A DNA stretch of 64,000 nt, taken from NCBI GenBank assembly GCA_951406725.2, contig OX597814.1:20584001-20648000 (forward strand), given 5' to 3'. The position numbers and the translations under genes were made by a program. Below are positions 1 through 11,458 of the stretch, piece by piece. This DNA is from Octopus vulgaris. Its lineage: Eukaryota. Below the pieces are notes generated by a model. It was not told where the DNA came from. It searched no databases and was given only the letters and a program-made list of their open reading frames with translations. The number at the start of each line of letters is the position of its first letter. The stretch's first letter is position 1.

Positions 1-16
1 TAAATCTCCATATTAC

Positions 17-160
17 CTGATACACATCTCTCAGTAGGTGCAACTTATTCATAAACACTTCAAAGGACCAAAATGTACAAATCTTCATATCAGTTAAGCT
101 ACATTTTATGAGCATTTTTAGATTGTTTTCATCATCAAAATAATCTTCTCTTGAAAATAC
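17..160 (-). CDS. KIF14: KIF14 exon 19; gene continues beyond the window
   Basis: ttacag|GTA...CAG|gtaata. Encodes VFSREDYFDD...ICTFWSFEVFMNKLHLLRDVYQ, similar to KIF14 TFWSLEKFESKL..MKELY. Confidence 0.88.
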
Positions 161-334
161 CTGTAAAGAACAAATTTAATTGGTTTAAAAAAAAAACATT
201 TAAAAACTTTTTTTAATGGAAACATATATAGTATCAAGTGATTTACTACTTTAGTCTTGTATGAATTTAGTTTGCTTCCCAACCATGTGGTTTTATGTTC
301 AGTTCTGCTATATGGCACCTTGAGCAAATGTTTT

Positions 335-690
335 CATCATCATCATCGTTTAGCGTCCGTTTTCCATGCTAGCATGGGTTGGACGGTTCTACTGGGGTCT
401 GTGAAGCCAGAAGGCTTCATCAGGCCCAGTCAACAAATCTGGCAGTGTTTCTACGTGCTGGATGCCCTTCCTAATGCCAACCACTCCGAGAGCCGATGGG
501 TGCTTTTACGGCTCACCCGCACAGGTGCCAGACAGAGCTGGCAAACGGCCATGAACGGATGGTGCTTTTTATGTGCCACTGGCACGAGGGCCAGGCGAGG
601 CTGGCAACGGACACGAAATGCTGGGGCGGTGCTGGCAACGGTCGCGAAACGGGAGGTTCTCTTACATGCCACCAGCACTGGTAACACATC
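335..690 (-). mobile_element. RTE-LINE 3' UTR/tail copy
   Basis: Ends in (GAT)n on the minus strand. Same sequence as follows the RTE RT fragment at 27640-28603. Confidence 0.8.
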
Positions 691-828
691 TGCAATTTCC
701 ATTGATCGATTGTTTGTGCTGTACATAGCTCACTCCCACCATCAAATTGACATTTTCTGTACAGATGCATGGAGTGCTGTATGTCAGATGGTGAGATGAT
801 TGCAGAGCCACATGAGAAAGTGTTTTGC

Positions 829-950
829 TAGAAACACTGAGATCAGACTGGAGCCTGGTGCAGCCTCCTGGCTTCCCAGACCCCGGTCGAACCGTCCAAC
901 ACATGCTAGCAGGGAAAACGGACGTTAAACGATGATGATGATGATGATGA
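829..950 (+). mobile_element. Short RTE tail copy
   Basis: ...CATGCTAGC...GGACGTTAAAC(GAT)n. Confidence 0.8.
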
Positions 951-1499
951 TATATATTGTAGACTCTCCTGTCACAGATGACAGATGAAGGTTCAACAAT
1001 TTCTCACTGAACAACCTGCACAGATGATTTGTTTAGTGATCAAATGTTTGTGCTGTACATAGCTCACTCCCACCATCAAATTGACATTTTCTGTACAGAT
1101 GCATGGAGTGCTGTATGTCAGATTGCAGAGCCACATGAGAAAGTGTTTTGCTTAAGAACACAATGCAATGCCTGATCTGGGAATCAGAACCAGGAACATG
1201 TAATTAAGAAGATAACACCATGACAACTGTGTGTTTACATCAGTTTATTTGAAACTTACGATGTTTGAACAGTATTATTGGCATTTCTGCTGTGACTAAC
1301 TTGTCCACGTATTTCATGCCTTCACACTTATGTGGAATAAGAGATCCACTACTTGTAAAACAGGTAAGGATTAACATTGGGAAGGATATCCAGCATGGGA
1401 AAACATAAAATGAAGGAATCTGTTGCTAGCTTATCTGAAATCCTATATCATATCTCGATTAATCATTAATTATGATTCCTAATGTCTTCTTTCTAAATA

Positions 1500-1652
1500 C
1501 CTATTTCTTTACTGCCCACAAGGGGCTACACAGAGGGGACAAACAAGGACAGACAAATGGATTAAGTCGATTATAACGACCCCCAGTGTGTAACTGATAC
1601 TTATTTAATAGACCCCGAAAGGATGAAAGGCAAAGTTGACCTCGGCGGAATT
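1500..1652 (-). mobile_element. tRNA-derived SINE family A, 3' half
   Basis: Reverse complement matches the 3' part of the copy at 30392-30624. Confidence 0.8.
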
Positions 1653-3117
1653 TGTACCAAGTACAGATGTGTCTCCCATACACCTGGTCTATAACAATTC
1701 CAATTACATAGCAAACAAATTGCTTTATTTTTGTTTTATTTTACTTGTACAACTCTTTTAGACTTTAAACACTCTCAGGTCCTAGAATTTAAGAGTTCAC
1801 ATATATTTTCTGAGAACCATCCATTGTACTTTTGACTTCAGGGCCCTTCTGTTTGTAGAAGGCTTGGTTTTAACTCAGATTTTATCTAATCACTCAGCAA
1901 TCAAAGTTAACTCTTGGATTATTGTAATTTGATTTCAGATTAACTGCTCTTTCCTAAACCAGTTGAAGATATGTGTAATAACATAACTGTGAGAAGCACC
2001 TGTTAGATTTCTGATGTTACGTACATTTTTCAACCAGCAATCACCATGCATATACACTATTGAAAGCACAATGGATTCATTCTATCATAATTCAATTCTA
2101 TTCTTTTCTTAGTGACAATCCACAAGAGCTAATCTTGTTGAGAAACCTGTTGGTTGCTATTAGAATTAGGAAAGAATGCTATGCAAACACAACATTAGTA
2201 CAAGAAACAGCAATAACATGAAATCTCTCAATAAATGTACAGAATTTGACCTCAGTTTGAAAGTAATGTTTAAGTTGGCAAATATATGTATGGAAGCAAC
2301 TAGGTATCATGTACATTGTACCATCACTAATGTTATTAATTCTACCTTTGTCCATCACTACAAAAATACAGTATACTTCTAAAAAGTGAGAAATGCTGAT
2401 GTGATTGATTTCCTACAAGTTTATTATCATATGTGCAGTCATGGTGGAAAAATTTAACACCCTACTGATAACTTAAGAAGTGGAAAAATATTATCTGATT
2501 TTGGAGATGCAACATTAGTTCCATGGTACCAGTAAAAGTTTGAAAGAACATACAATTTTGCTGTTGTCTTTAAATTATTTATTTCAATATCCGAAACAGT
2601 TGATAATGACAATCTCTGAAGTGAATTCAGCCAGTCACAATGGATTTTCTGACTTGATTACATTACTGTAGATACTATCTTCGTATGACATGAAAAGAAC
2701 AGTAGCTTGAGCAGAACATGAGCCTTCAAAGAAATCCAACTGCTGTAATGATTGTATGAAACAGATGTGTTCTTTACAGTTTAAATGCACATTCAGTTAC
2801 AAAACGAATTTGCTTTCAATTCTCAGCATTTACAATTACTCATATTATTCATACTGCTACAAATATGTGCCTGTTAGCCAATGTGCATAGACAAACGTGC
2901 ATATACATAGGAATGTATATGTATGTGCTTGTTTAGATATGATATATGGATCAGATATTCAAAGCTATTATGTAAAGGCATAGTTGTATAATTAAGTTCT
3001 CTCCCCAACCATATAGTTTCAGGTTCAGTTCCACAAAATATTTTAGGCAAGTATCTTCTACTATAGTCCCAGGATGACCAAAATCTTCTAAATGAATTTG
3101 ATAGATGAAACTGAAAG

Positions 3118-3119
<2 letters not shown>

Positions 3120-3158
<39 letters not shown>
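3120..3158. repeat. (TG)n microsatellite inside a decayed SINE
   Basis: Visible directly in the sequence. Confidence 0.95.
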
Positions 3159-3159
<1 letters not shown>

Positions 3160-3478
3160 ATGTCTGCGTTTGTTTACATTTGTGCCTTACAACAGTCACT
3201 TCATGTAGATTTCTTACCACTTTTGTCAAAAACTTATTCAATTGTTTTGCATCTTCATAGATGAGTGACTAAAAACAATTCCTTATTTAAAAAGCAGGTA
3301 AGGGTTAGTGATGAGAAGGGCATGCAGCTGTAAAATAATGCCCCATAATGTACCCAGCTAACCCAAGCAAGGACAGAAAAAGTGAACATAAAATGAATTA
3401 GTACACCAAACAAAATGATACTTAAACAGAAGAAAAATTATATGAAAGAGTTAAAAAATGAATTAAATTAATATTTAC

Positions 3479-3880
3479 AATGTTTTTCTTTAAATGCCAA
3501 CAAATTGCATTGGCCTCACATATTGCCAAATATGTGTGGTACAATCCAAAGGAACCGATAGTTATCTTTTGCTTTCTTTTTGCAGATAATGGTGTGTTGA
3601 ACTGATTAGATTCCAAGTTACATTGTCTCTCCTTTAAATTTTCAACACAGAATTGACTCTTCCCATGAACATCGTTAACAATTGCTGATAACGAATTTAT
3701 CATCAACATGGCTTGATTATATGAATCTAAAGAGCTTGAATTACTCGACTCAGATGAAATTGACAATGATTTTGATTTAAGCTCAGTTTCATTCCGATAT
3801 GATGAAAGTTGTTTTAAATTTTCTTCAGCATGACCTTTTGCTTTTTCGAGTTCCTTTAAGAGTGTATTTTCTGGTCGATC
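3479..3880 (-). CDS. KIF14: KIF14 exon 18 (402 nt, phase 0-0)
   Basis: ctccag|GAT...ATT|gtaaat, within ORF 3422..3934. Ends ...ICEANAICWHLKKNI (kinesin-3 stalk EANAI motif). Confidence 0.87.
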
Positions 3881-4079
3881 CTGGAGATCAAGAGAAAAAA
3901 AAAAAAGATATTTGTTTAAATATAAAAGTTTCATAATATGAAATAAAATTAAATAGTTACTTGATAAAATGTCACAAGAAAACTAATACCTAATATTTGG
4001 ATTGAATTACTAAAACAATTAAAACAGGAATATTTCATTAGATGTTGAATGTGTTTACATCTGATTAAACATAGTTTGG

Positions 4080-4425
4080 ATGGCTGTGTGGTTAAGATGC
4101 TCACTTTGCATCCATATGGTTTGGCATGTGGCACCTTGGTTAAGTGTCTTCTACTAAAGCCTTGAGCTGACCAATGCCCTGGAAGTGAATCTGGTAGATG
4201 GAAACTGTGTGGAAGCCAATTGCATGTATGTGTGACTCCACAGTGCTTAACAACCAATGTTGGTTTGTTTAAGCTCTTCTAACTTAGCAGTTCAACAGAA
4301 GAAACTGATACAATAAGGAATAGATTGAAAAAGTAAGTACTCGGGGCTAATTGTTCAACTAAAACCCTTCAAAGTGATGCCCCAGCCTGACCAGAGTCCA
4401 ATGGCTGAAATAAGTAAAAAATAAA
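4080..4425 (+). mobile_element. SINE family B, decayed
   Basis: Similar to the reverse complement of 58888-59240. Confidence 0.65.
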
Positions 4426-5625
4426 ATAACTGTCAACACATATTAATCTTAGTAAAAGTGGCTTTACAAGCAATATCTATGTGAATAGTCAAAATAAGGG
4501 ACTCAGTCATTGATGAAGTCCTAGCATAAGATGACTAAAATTAGTTCAGCTGATACCTTTTTCTTTTTAATCCTCAAATATATTGTATATAAAGATTAAG
4601 TGTTATCGCTAGGCCTAACTCATCGTAAAGTCAATACCACCATGACTGATATCCAATCTACAGTGGAGAAGGCTAGCCACTGGATTTGGTTAAAAAGAGA
4701 CGATGAGCGATGGCTAGAAGTATATTGAGTTCTTCATAACCAGCTGATCTAGCAAGCGGGGCCTCATATCAGTGAGGGGGGCCGGTGTGCATTGATGCCG
4801 TCGAGAGATAGGCCCCAAAACGGCGCGCATTCTCTCCTGATGACCCCATACACTTACTAGCTTCCGGTATACGGAGCTTTTAACTGGTAGCACTTGCATG
4901 TGTAAGTTGTTTGCAAGACATCTGGGCTATATATAAAACAATAGATAAAAAAAAACTATAGATATATTCTGTAGTATAGAATAAAATGTACCTTTAAACA
5001 TAATACTTTCTGATGTTACAAACTTTAATATTTTAAAATTTATGCATAAAGAGGACTATGACATTAAAATTGAATAGCAGTACAAATATTAGAAGAAAAA
5101 TGTGATTCATTAAACAGGCAATAATATATAAAAACCTGTCACATGTTTTCTTTTTTTCTGTTTTCAATAGTGGGGAAAGCAGGAGGTTATCAAATGACAA
5201 AGAGAGGGAGTAACAGAGTAGAATAGAAATGAGAAAGAGTTGAAGGATGATGTGTTTATCACATTGGCAAAACTACAGAGAAAGAGCATGTGAGAATTAA
5301 AGTGAGAGTGAGTTGAAGTAAGAGGTGTTACACTGGTCAGGGTGTTGACCTAACAAATGAAAGGGAGGGAGAAAAAACAGTGAGAGTCAACAAGAAATCA
5401 TATTTCAAACAACTAACACAATATAAAAGATAGCGGAGTTATTAGATGCAATATAGAATTCAGCTAACTAATTTTTTGGCTTGAAATTATAGATTGAAGA
5501 ATATAAAAATTTTCCTTGATCTTTATAATCTAGCATCTTCACAAAGAAGGTTGTAATTAAGGAATCATCACATTAAATAGTTTTTTTTTTTTACTGAAAT
5601 TGCATTTCCATAATTAATTCCATAT

Positions 5626-5770
5626 TGTGGTTGGCGTTAGGAAGGGCATCCAGCCGTAGAAACACTGCCAGATTTGACTGGGCCTGATGAAGCCTTCTGG
5701 CTTCACAGACCCCAGTAGAACCTTCCAACACATGCTAGCATGGAAAACGGACGCTAAACGACGATGATGA
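5626..5770 (+). mobile_element. RTE tail copy
   Basis: GTGGTTGGCGTTAGGAAGGGCATCCAG...AAAC(GAT)n. Confidence 0.85.
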
Positions 5771-5806
5771 TTTAAATAAACTTGGGTTGCTATATCTGAA
5801 CATTCA

Positions 5807-6674
5807 GGATCTTTTCGGTTTGAACGGCAGTTTTTAACATAATTTCAAGGTAACTAAAAAATTTTAAACTTCGTATACTGGTAGAATGTGTTTATAAAAC
5901 ATCTTTTTCTCTTGGCTTTATTGAGAAAATTCTATAGTTTGTAAGATATTTGTTCGCCGCCCCATCTGGCCTCCGTGCCGGTGGCACATAAAAGCACCAT
6001 CCGTTCATGTCCGCTGCCAGCCTCACCTGGCCCCCATGCCGGTGGCACGTAAAAGCACCATCTGTTCGTGTCTGTTGCCAGCCTCGCTTGGCCCCTGTGC
6101 CGGTGGCAAGTAAAAGCACCATCCGTTTGTGTCCGTTGCCAGCCTCGCCTCCATGCCGGTGGCACGTAAAAACACCATCCGCTCGTGTCCGTAGCCAGAC
6201 TCGCCTGGCCCCCGTGCCAGTGGCACGTAAAAGCACCATCCGTTCGTGGTCGTTTGCCAGCTCTGTCTGGCACCTGTGCGGGTGGCACGTAAAAAGCACC
6301 CACTACACTCACGGAGTGGTTGGCGTTAGGAAGGGCATCCAGCCGTAGAAACACTGCCAGATCTGACTGGGCCTGATGAAGCCTTCCGGCTTCACAGACC
6401 CCAGTTGAACCGTCCAACCCATGCTAGCATGGAAAATGGACGCTAAATGATGATGATGATGATGATGGGGTAAAAAACATTCTGTGCCGTATGAATATGT
6501 CCCTTGTTTAAGAAATAGATTGGGTTTATTTACATTTGTGAAGAAAAAAAGATACCCCCCCCCCCAACCCTAAAACGGATTGAAATGCAATAGATCGATA
6601 CTAGGGTTATAATTATGGGTGACAATTTCATATGACACCGCTAGAAAAAACTGCTGTTCAAACCGAAAAGATCC
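5807..6674. mobile_element. Non-autonomous DNA transposon (MITE; Merlin- or MULE-like) interrupted by an RTE tail
   Basis: 29-bp TIRs GGATCTTTTCGGTTTGAACGGCAGTTTTT with 1 mismatch. 9-bp TSD GAACATTCA at 5798-5806 and 6675-6683. Confidence 0.9.
5956..6466 (+). mobile_element. RTE 3' UTR with about 6 tandem ~60-bp units, nested in the MITE
   Basis: Repeated TGCCGGTGGCACGTAAAAGCACCATCCG, then the tail and (GAT)n. Confidence 0.85.
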
Positions 6675-7269
6675 GAACATTCATAACATGAGATGTTTTG
6701 GTGCTATGTGTCATTAAAACTGCTGCAATAATTTTGTATGTTTACTTAGCACACACTCATATATATATATATATATGTATGTGTTATTTTATGTAGCCGT
6801 TATGGACAGTCAGAAAGTTACCATTGGGTTCACATCTTGTTATTGCACTTAGCAACATAGGAAACTAATTAAACCTGCTGGCTGGAGGCACACAACCTGT
6901 TTACTTACAGAGGGAAGAACACAGTCTTGGTCAACATAGTGGTGAAAAAAAAAACCTTAAAACGAAATTCTTAGAAGTGAAAATCCCTTTTGGACAAGAT
7001 GAAGTTATCTTCCTTTGAGCAGTACCAGTTGTTTCTGAAAAGGGTCAGTTTACATTTTCTGTTTACTAGTCAGCAAGTGGGGAAGCCATTATTTGAATTT
7101 AAAAAGGCCCTCAGATCAAATGAATATTTTAGGATCCTTGCCCCCTTGGTCAAGCAAAAAAATTGCATTATCCGCTTCTGTTGAGGTATGGCCCAGATCC
7201 ATCTCCACCTGCTATTCTTGCAAGGATCATGGCGCGTGAGTTCAGGCACCTCCTCCATTGGGTCCTATC

Positions 7270-7800
7270 AGAAACAACAATCATTACTTTCCAGCTGGAT
7301 TCCCAAACATGACTAAGGCTATGGCTATTATCCAACTATTTCATTCTTGTACAACCCCTAGGTCTCCTGCCAGTTGACTGAGCTTGAAGAAGCTGTCTTT
7401 TTTTTTCCTGCAACATTCTAATCACATGTCCATAACATCAGAGTTGTGACTTTTCATTGCAGAGAACTTCTTGATCTCTGAGTTATGCATCCTGTTGAGC
7501 AACATTACAAGAGATTTCCTTCAGAGGAACCTCAACTTTGGTTGTTTGTATTTGCAATCGTACTCTTTTGGTCATTACCCAACATTCATGACCACAGGTA
7601 AGAATAGGCACAAAAACTAAATTGAAGATAGCAAGTTTGGCTTTTTAATCAATCTCTTCTCTTATGATGTTGGTGTATTACTGTGCCAGTATCTGAAATA
7701 CTGAAACATCTCCACTCGTCTCAGTAATGTTCAACTAACATGCAGAGTACACAAGGAAGACTTTCTGGAGAGGACCAGAGTCTTGGTCTTTGTAACACTA
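7270..7800 (-). mobile_element. Decayed RTE-clade RT C-terminal fragment (second family)
   Basis: Minus-strand translation AKLAIFNLVFVPILTCGHECWVMTKRVR resembles the RTE motif ...PTLTYG.E.W. Confidence 0.6.
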
Positions 7801-8276
7801 ACTGATAATGCATTGCTTTGCCCAGGGGTCTGTAATGCTGTTACAGAACCACTGGGTCCTGAAATTACATACATTGAGTGTTACTGTGCTACGCTTCATG
7901 TATGTTTATTTTAATATATGCATATAAATTTATTTACAACCAGTCGAACAATGTACTTTAGCTAATCTGTGTAGCCAATAGATGTACCAATATGCAAATA
8001 AGCAAAAGCAGTACTTGTGGTTTATAGTATCCTTCATAAGTAGTTGTAAGCTACACACACAAACATACACCCACTCACTCTCTCTTTGTAGATCAAATGA
8101 AGTAAACACTCCTGCCAAGCTAAGGAAAGATGAAACTAGTTGAGTTGTTCTTTATTCATTCTTCAGAATGTTCATTGATTTAACACAGTCTATTTGCAGC
8201 AGGGCTAAATGTTTATTTAATGTATAAAAGATAAAGTTGACTCCATATTCAACAATTTACAACTGAAAACACTCAC

Positions 8277-8388
8277 GCCATTTTGTATAAGTTGATTGTC
8301 ATTACAAAAACCATTTTGTTTTTCTTTAATTTGTTGATATAATTCCTTTTGAACCATATTTTTAGTATCTTCCAACTGTTGTGCAAGT
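8277..8388 (-). CDS. KIF14: KIF14 exon 17 (coiled coil)
   Basis: ttcag|A...GGC|gtgagt. Encodes LAQQLEDTKNMVQKELYQQIKEKQ..., and phases fit both neighbours. Confidence 0.8.
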
Positions 8389-8781
8389 CTGAAAATATAA
8401 CCACAATTTTTTTATTTTAATTACATCAAATTAACAAATGGCTAAGGTAATAAATAATTACCTTAACAGGTGCCTAAAAGGGTTGACAACATGAAGGGCA
8501 TACAGCTGTAAAACATTACCCCTGAAAGACTGTTCACACCAGAGCCAGATTTAGATCTAGTGTGGCCCCTGGGGAGGTCTACAATTTTGTACATGTACTT
8601 GCAATGAATCAGAATTGTAGAGAGTGAGCTGTGTTAAGTAAACACATTTTAGTATTCAAAATGAACAATAAATGCAATATTTTAATTTAAATAAAGAACT
8701 TTTAGGATTTTACTGTCATTTTAGATTGATTAAAAAGGTTGATTAAAGTTTTGGTTACATACTGATATACTTACCTTATAA

Positions 8782-9290
8782 TCTCTTATTATAAAAGGCA
8801 GATTTTATCTGCCTCCCTTTGGGAGTTATACAAATCTACAATATAGGATTTCTTCAATTACAATTTACCTGGCATTTTTAAGAGTACAATGCATCGCGTC
8901 ATGCCAGGTCCAGTTTTTAAAATTTAAACTCCAATTAAGCAAAATTTACAGAAAACTCACATTCTGGTGTGTGTGTCAAATGCTTTTCTTAGTCTGGTTT
9001 ACACCACACGCAAACGCACACACACAGTGGGCAACGAATAAAATGAAACTAATTCACTTACTGTGGTGAGTGATTCTTTCACTCTGCCTCCCACTTCCTC
9101 TTTCCACACATACACACGCAAATATATAAATAAAATTGTAAGCTAACGTGCGTGTGTGTGTGTGTGTGTGTGCGCATGTGTGTGTGTGTGAGACGGTGCG
9201 TGTGTGTGTGTGTGTGACGGTGCGTGTGTGTGTGTGTGTGCGTGTGCGTGAGTGTGTGACAGGAAAGTTTTTTTAGACGAATATAACACC
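8782..9290 (+). mobile_element. Helitron-like 5' portion with (TG)n tract
   Basis: A|TCTCTTATTATAAAAGGCAG start resembles the other Helitron 5' ends in the window. No dedicated 3' end was seen. Confidence 0.45.
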
Positions 9291-9796
9291 TATATCCAAG
9301 TAGCAGAAAGATAAGACAGTAAGGTGTGATTTGAGGGAGATTTGGCTGCTATTTCTACCATGTCTAGCTGCCATGTAGGGGTCTCCCTCATAGGCTCATA
9401 CATACATATATACATAGATAAGACAGTAAGGTGTGATTTGGGGGAAATTTTGCTGCTATTTCTACCAGGTCTAGCTACCATGTAGAGGTCCCCCTCAATT
9501 CTTTTATTCTTCTGCTTTTTCCAGCCATTGCTCTGTGGCCATGCTGGGGCAATGCCTTGAAGAATTGTAGTTTAATGAATCAACTCCAGTTTTATTTTTG
9601 TAAGCATTGTACTTATTCTATCTGTTTCCTTTGTCAAACCACTAGGTGACAGGGATGTAAACAAACCAACATTCGTTGTCAAGCAGTGGTGGAGGACAAT
9701 CACAAGCACAGACACGCACACACACACACATACATGCATACACATATACACACATACATACATACATACATATATATATATGTGTGTATATATATA

Positions 9797-10055
9797 TTGC
9801 AGCGTGGAAGGTGTTTGTAAGCCATTTAAGAAACACACAAAAACCGTTACATTCACTTCAACATTTAAATTTAATTTGCCAAAATATTTTCGTCGCTTTG
9901 AGACCGCGACCTGTTCACTGACAAAAATATCGTGCTAACAGGTCGCGGTCTCAAAGCGACGAAAATATTTTGACAAATTTAATTTAAATGTTGAAGTGAA
10001 TCTAACGATTTTTGTGTGTTTCTTAAATGGCTTATAAACACCTTCAACGCTGCAA
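9797..10055. repeat. Palindrome with 119-bp arms and a 21-nt loop (Penelope pLTR-like inverted remnant)
   Basis: 9797-9915 is the near-exact reverse complement of 9937-10055. Confidence 0.9.
9875..9925 (-). ncRNA. Candidate minimal type I hammerhead ribozyme, G3:C8 core variant
   Basis: UUUGUCA-GUGAACA-G-GUCGC(ggucucaaa)GCGAC-GAA-AAUAUU-U-UGGCAAA: stems I and II, palindromic stem III. Confidence 0.55.
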
Positions 10056-10223
10056 CTGTTTTCGTTCCAGCACACGATCTCAGATCAAGTCACTTGCTAT
10101 GCAAGTACATCTCTGTAACTATATATATATTTATATATATATATATATATATATGTATATTGGTAAAAACAGTAAGATAACAAAAGAAAGAAAGAGACCT
10201 CAATATTATGTAAATAGAGGAAA

Positions 10224-10618
10224 TCTTTATATATAAAAGTGAGGTTGTGTGTCTGTCTCCTACGATTTAGATTCCTAACTACTCCCACATTTTGCGGTGC
10301 AGTTTAACCAAAACCGGGTATCTTATAGTCGTGATTCATATCGAGACCGTCTGGGTATTAGCGCGCATCTACGATGAGTCTACGATTTAAAAAAAAAATT
10401 ACCATCAATTTTTCCCATTTTTAATCCATTTTTGACATATATAAGGGAAGTAACTCTCTAAAATTTATTATTAAATCTCAGAACGTAAAAAGCTACAGTA
10501 ACACCCCTCCCCCTTTGTGGTTAGCCATATTGAGATGGCTATTATACTTTACATCTCTAAAAATGCTTATATAATTATTTCCCTTACAAACCCGAGCAAC
10601 GCCGGGCGATACTGCTAG
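10224..10618 (+). mobile_element. Non-autonomous Helitron
   Basis: A|TCTTTATATATAAAAG 5' end. Subterminal hairpin CCCGAGCAACGCCGGG, then CTAG|T. No TSD. Confidence 0.85.
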
Positions 10619-11458
10619 TCATTATATAAAAGGTAAGATATGCCATGATATCACTATTCTGTCATTAATGACAATGGATGAAAGTCCAAGTTGTCCACCC
10701 TACTGAAACAGTTTTGTCTATGACTGCCAGTTCTATCTCTCCAATATAGGGGATTCAACAGGGTACCAGCCTGGGCAGAAAGACAAGTTGTTGCTCATGC
10801 AGCATGTCCCACCCATCTCCATAACTGATGGATCCAAAGGAACAGGATGGCCATTACAATTTGGCACCAGTGTTGTCATAGGAGTTGCTAAAATGAGGTT
10901 GTAGACAATGTCGACCTGGCTCGAGGGCTCCAACTCCCAATTTTTCTTCAAGGCTTACTCCTATAGTTTTTCCCATGACAGAGGGGTTTTGGAATCTGAG
11001 TTTTCCTTCCACTAGATTGGTTACCCCAATAGGCTAAAGAGGTCTATCTGCATGACTGACTTGCAAAGTAACCCATAGCTGGGACCCTGACGTGCTACTA
11101 CTCCACGTCAGAACAGACCTGAAAACAACAGTGACTAAAAGGTGGTCCACACTCTTCAAAACCCTGGAACTCCTGAACCACAGCCCCATTACAGGATGCT
11201 TACTGAGGGCTATTTCTACTTATTTCCATACTTTAGAGACTAAATTAAAAGACTTTATTTAAATCAAAATATAAAATTTCAGTCTCTCTTTCTCTGTGCT
11301 TTCTGATTAAGATTAAACTTATTAAAAATCTTTTCTATCAAAGGATTAATTCATTTTTTTCCTAAGAAAAAAGAAAGACTGATACTATTATTAACAAATT
11401 TAATTAGTGTGCTTGTAATGTTTTAATTAGTATATAAACCAAAAATGAAATCTCAAAC

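Noticed and set aside
257-799. 180-aa ORF, and overlapping ORFs at 5892-6417
   Set aside because: These are chance frames through RTE tail tandem repeats.
2550-2800. Possible extra KIF14 exon
   Set aside because: All three minus-strand frames contain stops, and exons 18 and 19 join in frame and collinearly with KIF14.
4601-4940. CpG-rich TGT..ACA segment as a solo LTR
   Set aside because: No matching TSD and no second copy in the window. Probably a TE remnant, but unsupported.
5960-6300. CRISPR-like repeat/spacer array
   Set aside because: The spacers are homologous to each other, the array is part of an RTE 3' UTR, there are no cas genes, and the context is eukaryotic.
6372-6395. CTGATGA + AGCC/GGCT stem as a hammerhead in RTE tails
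   Set aside because: The stem is followed by TCAC rather than GAAA, and other copies read CTGGTGCA.
8105-8204. Possible small exon after exon 17 (tttag acceptor at 8205)
   Set aside because: All three frames hit stops soon after the acceptor.
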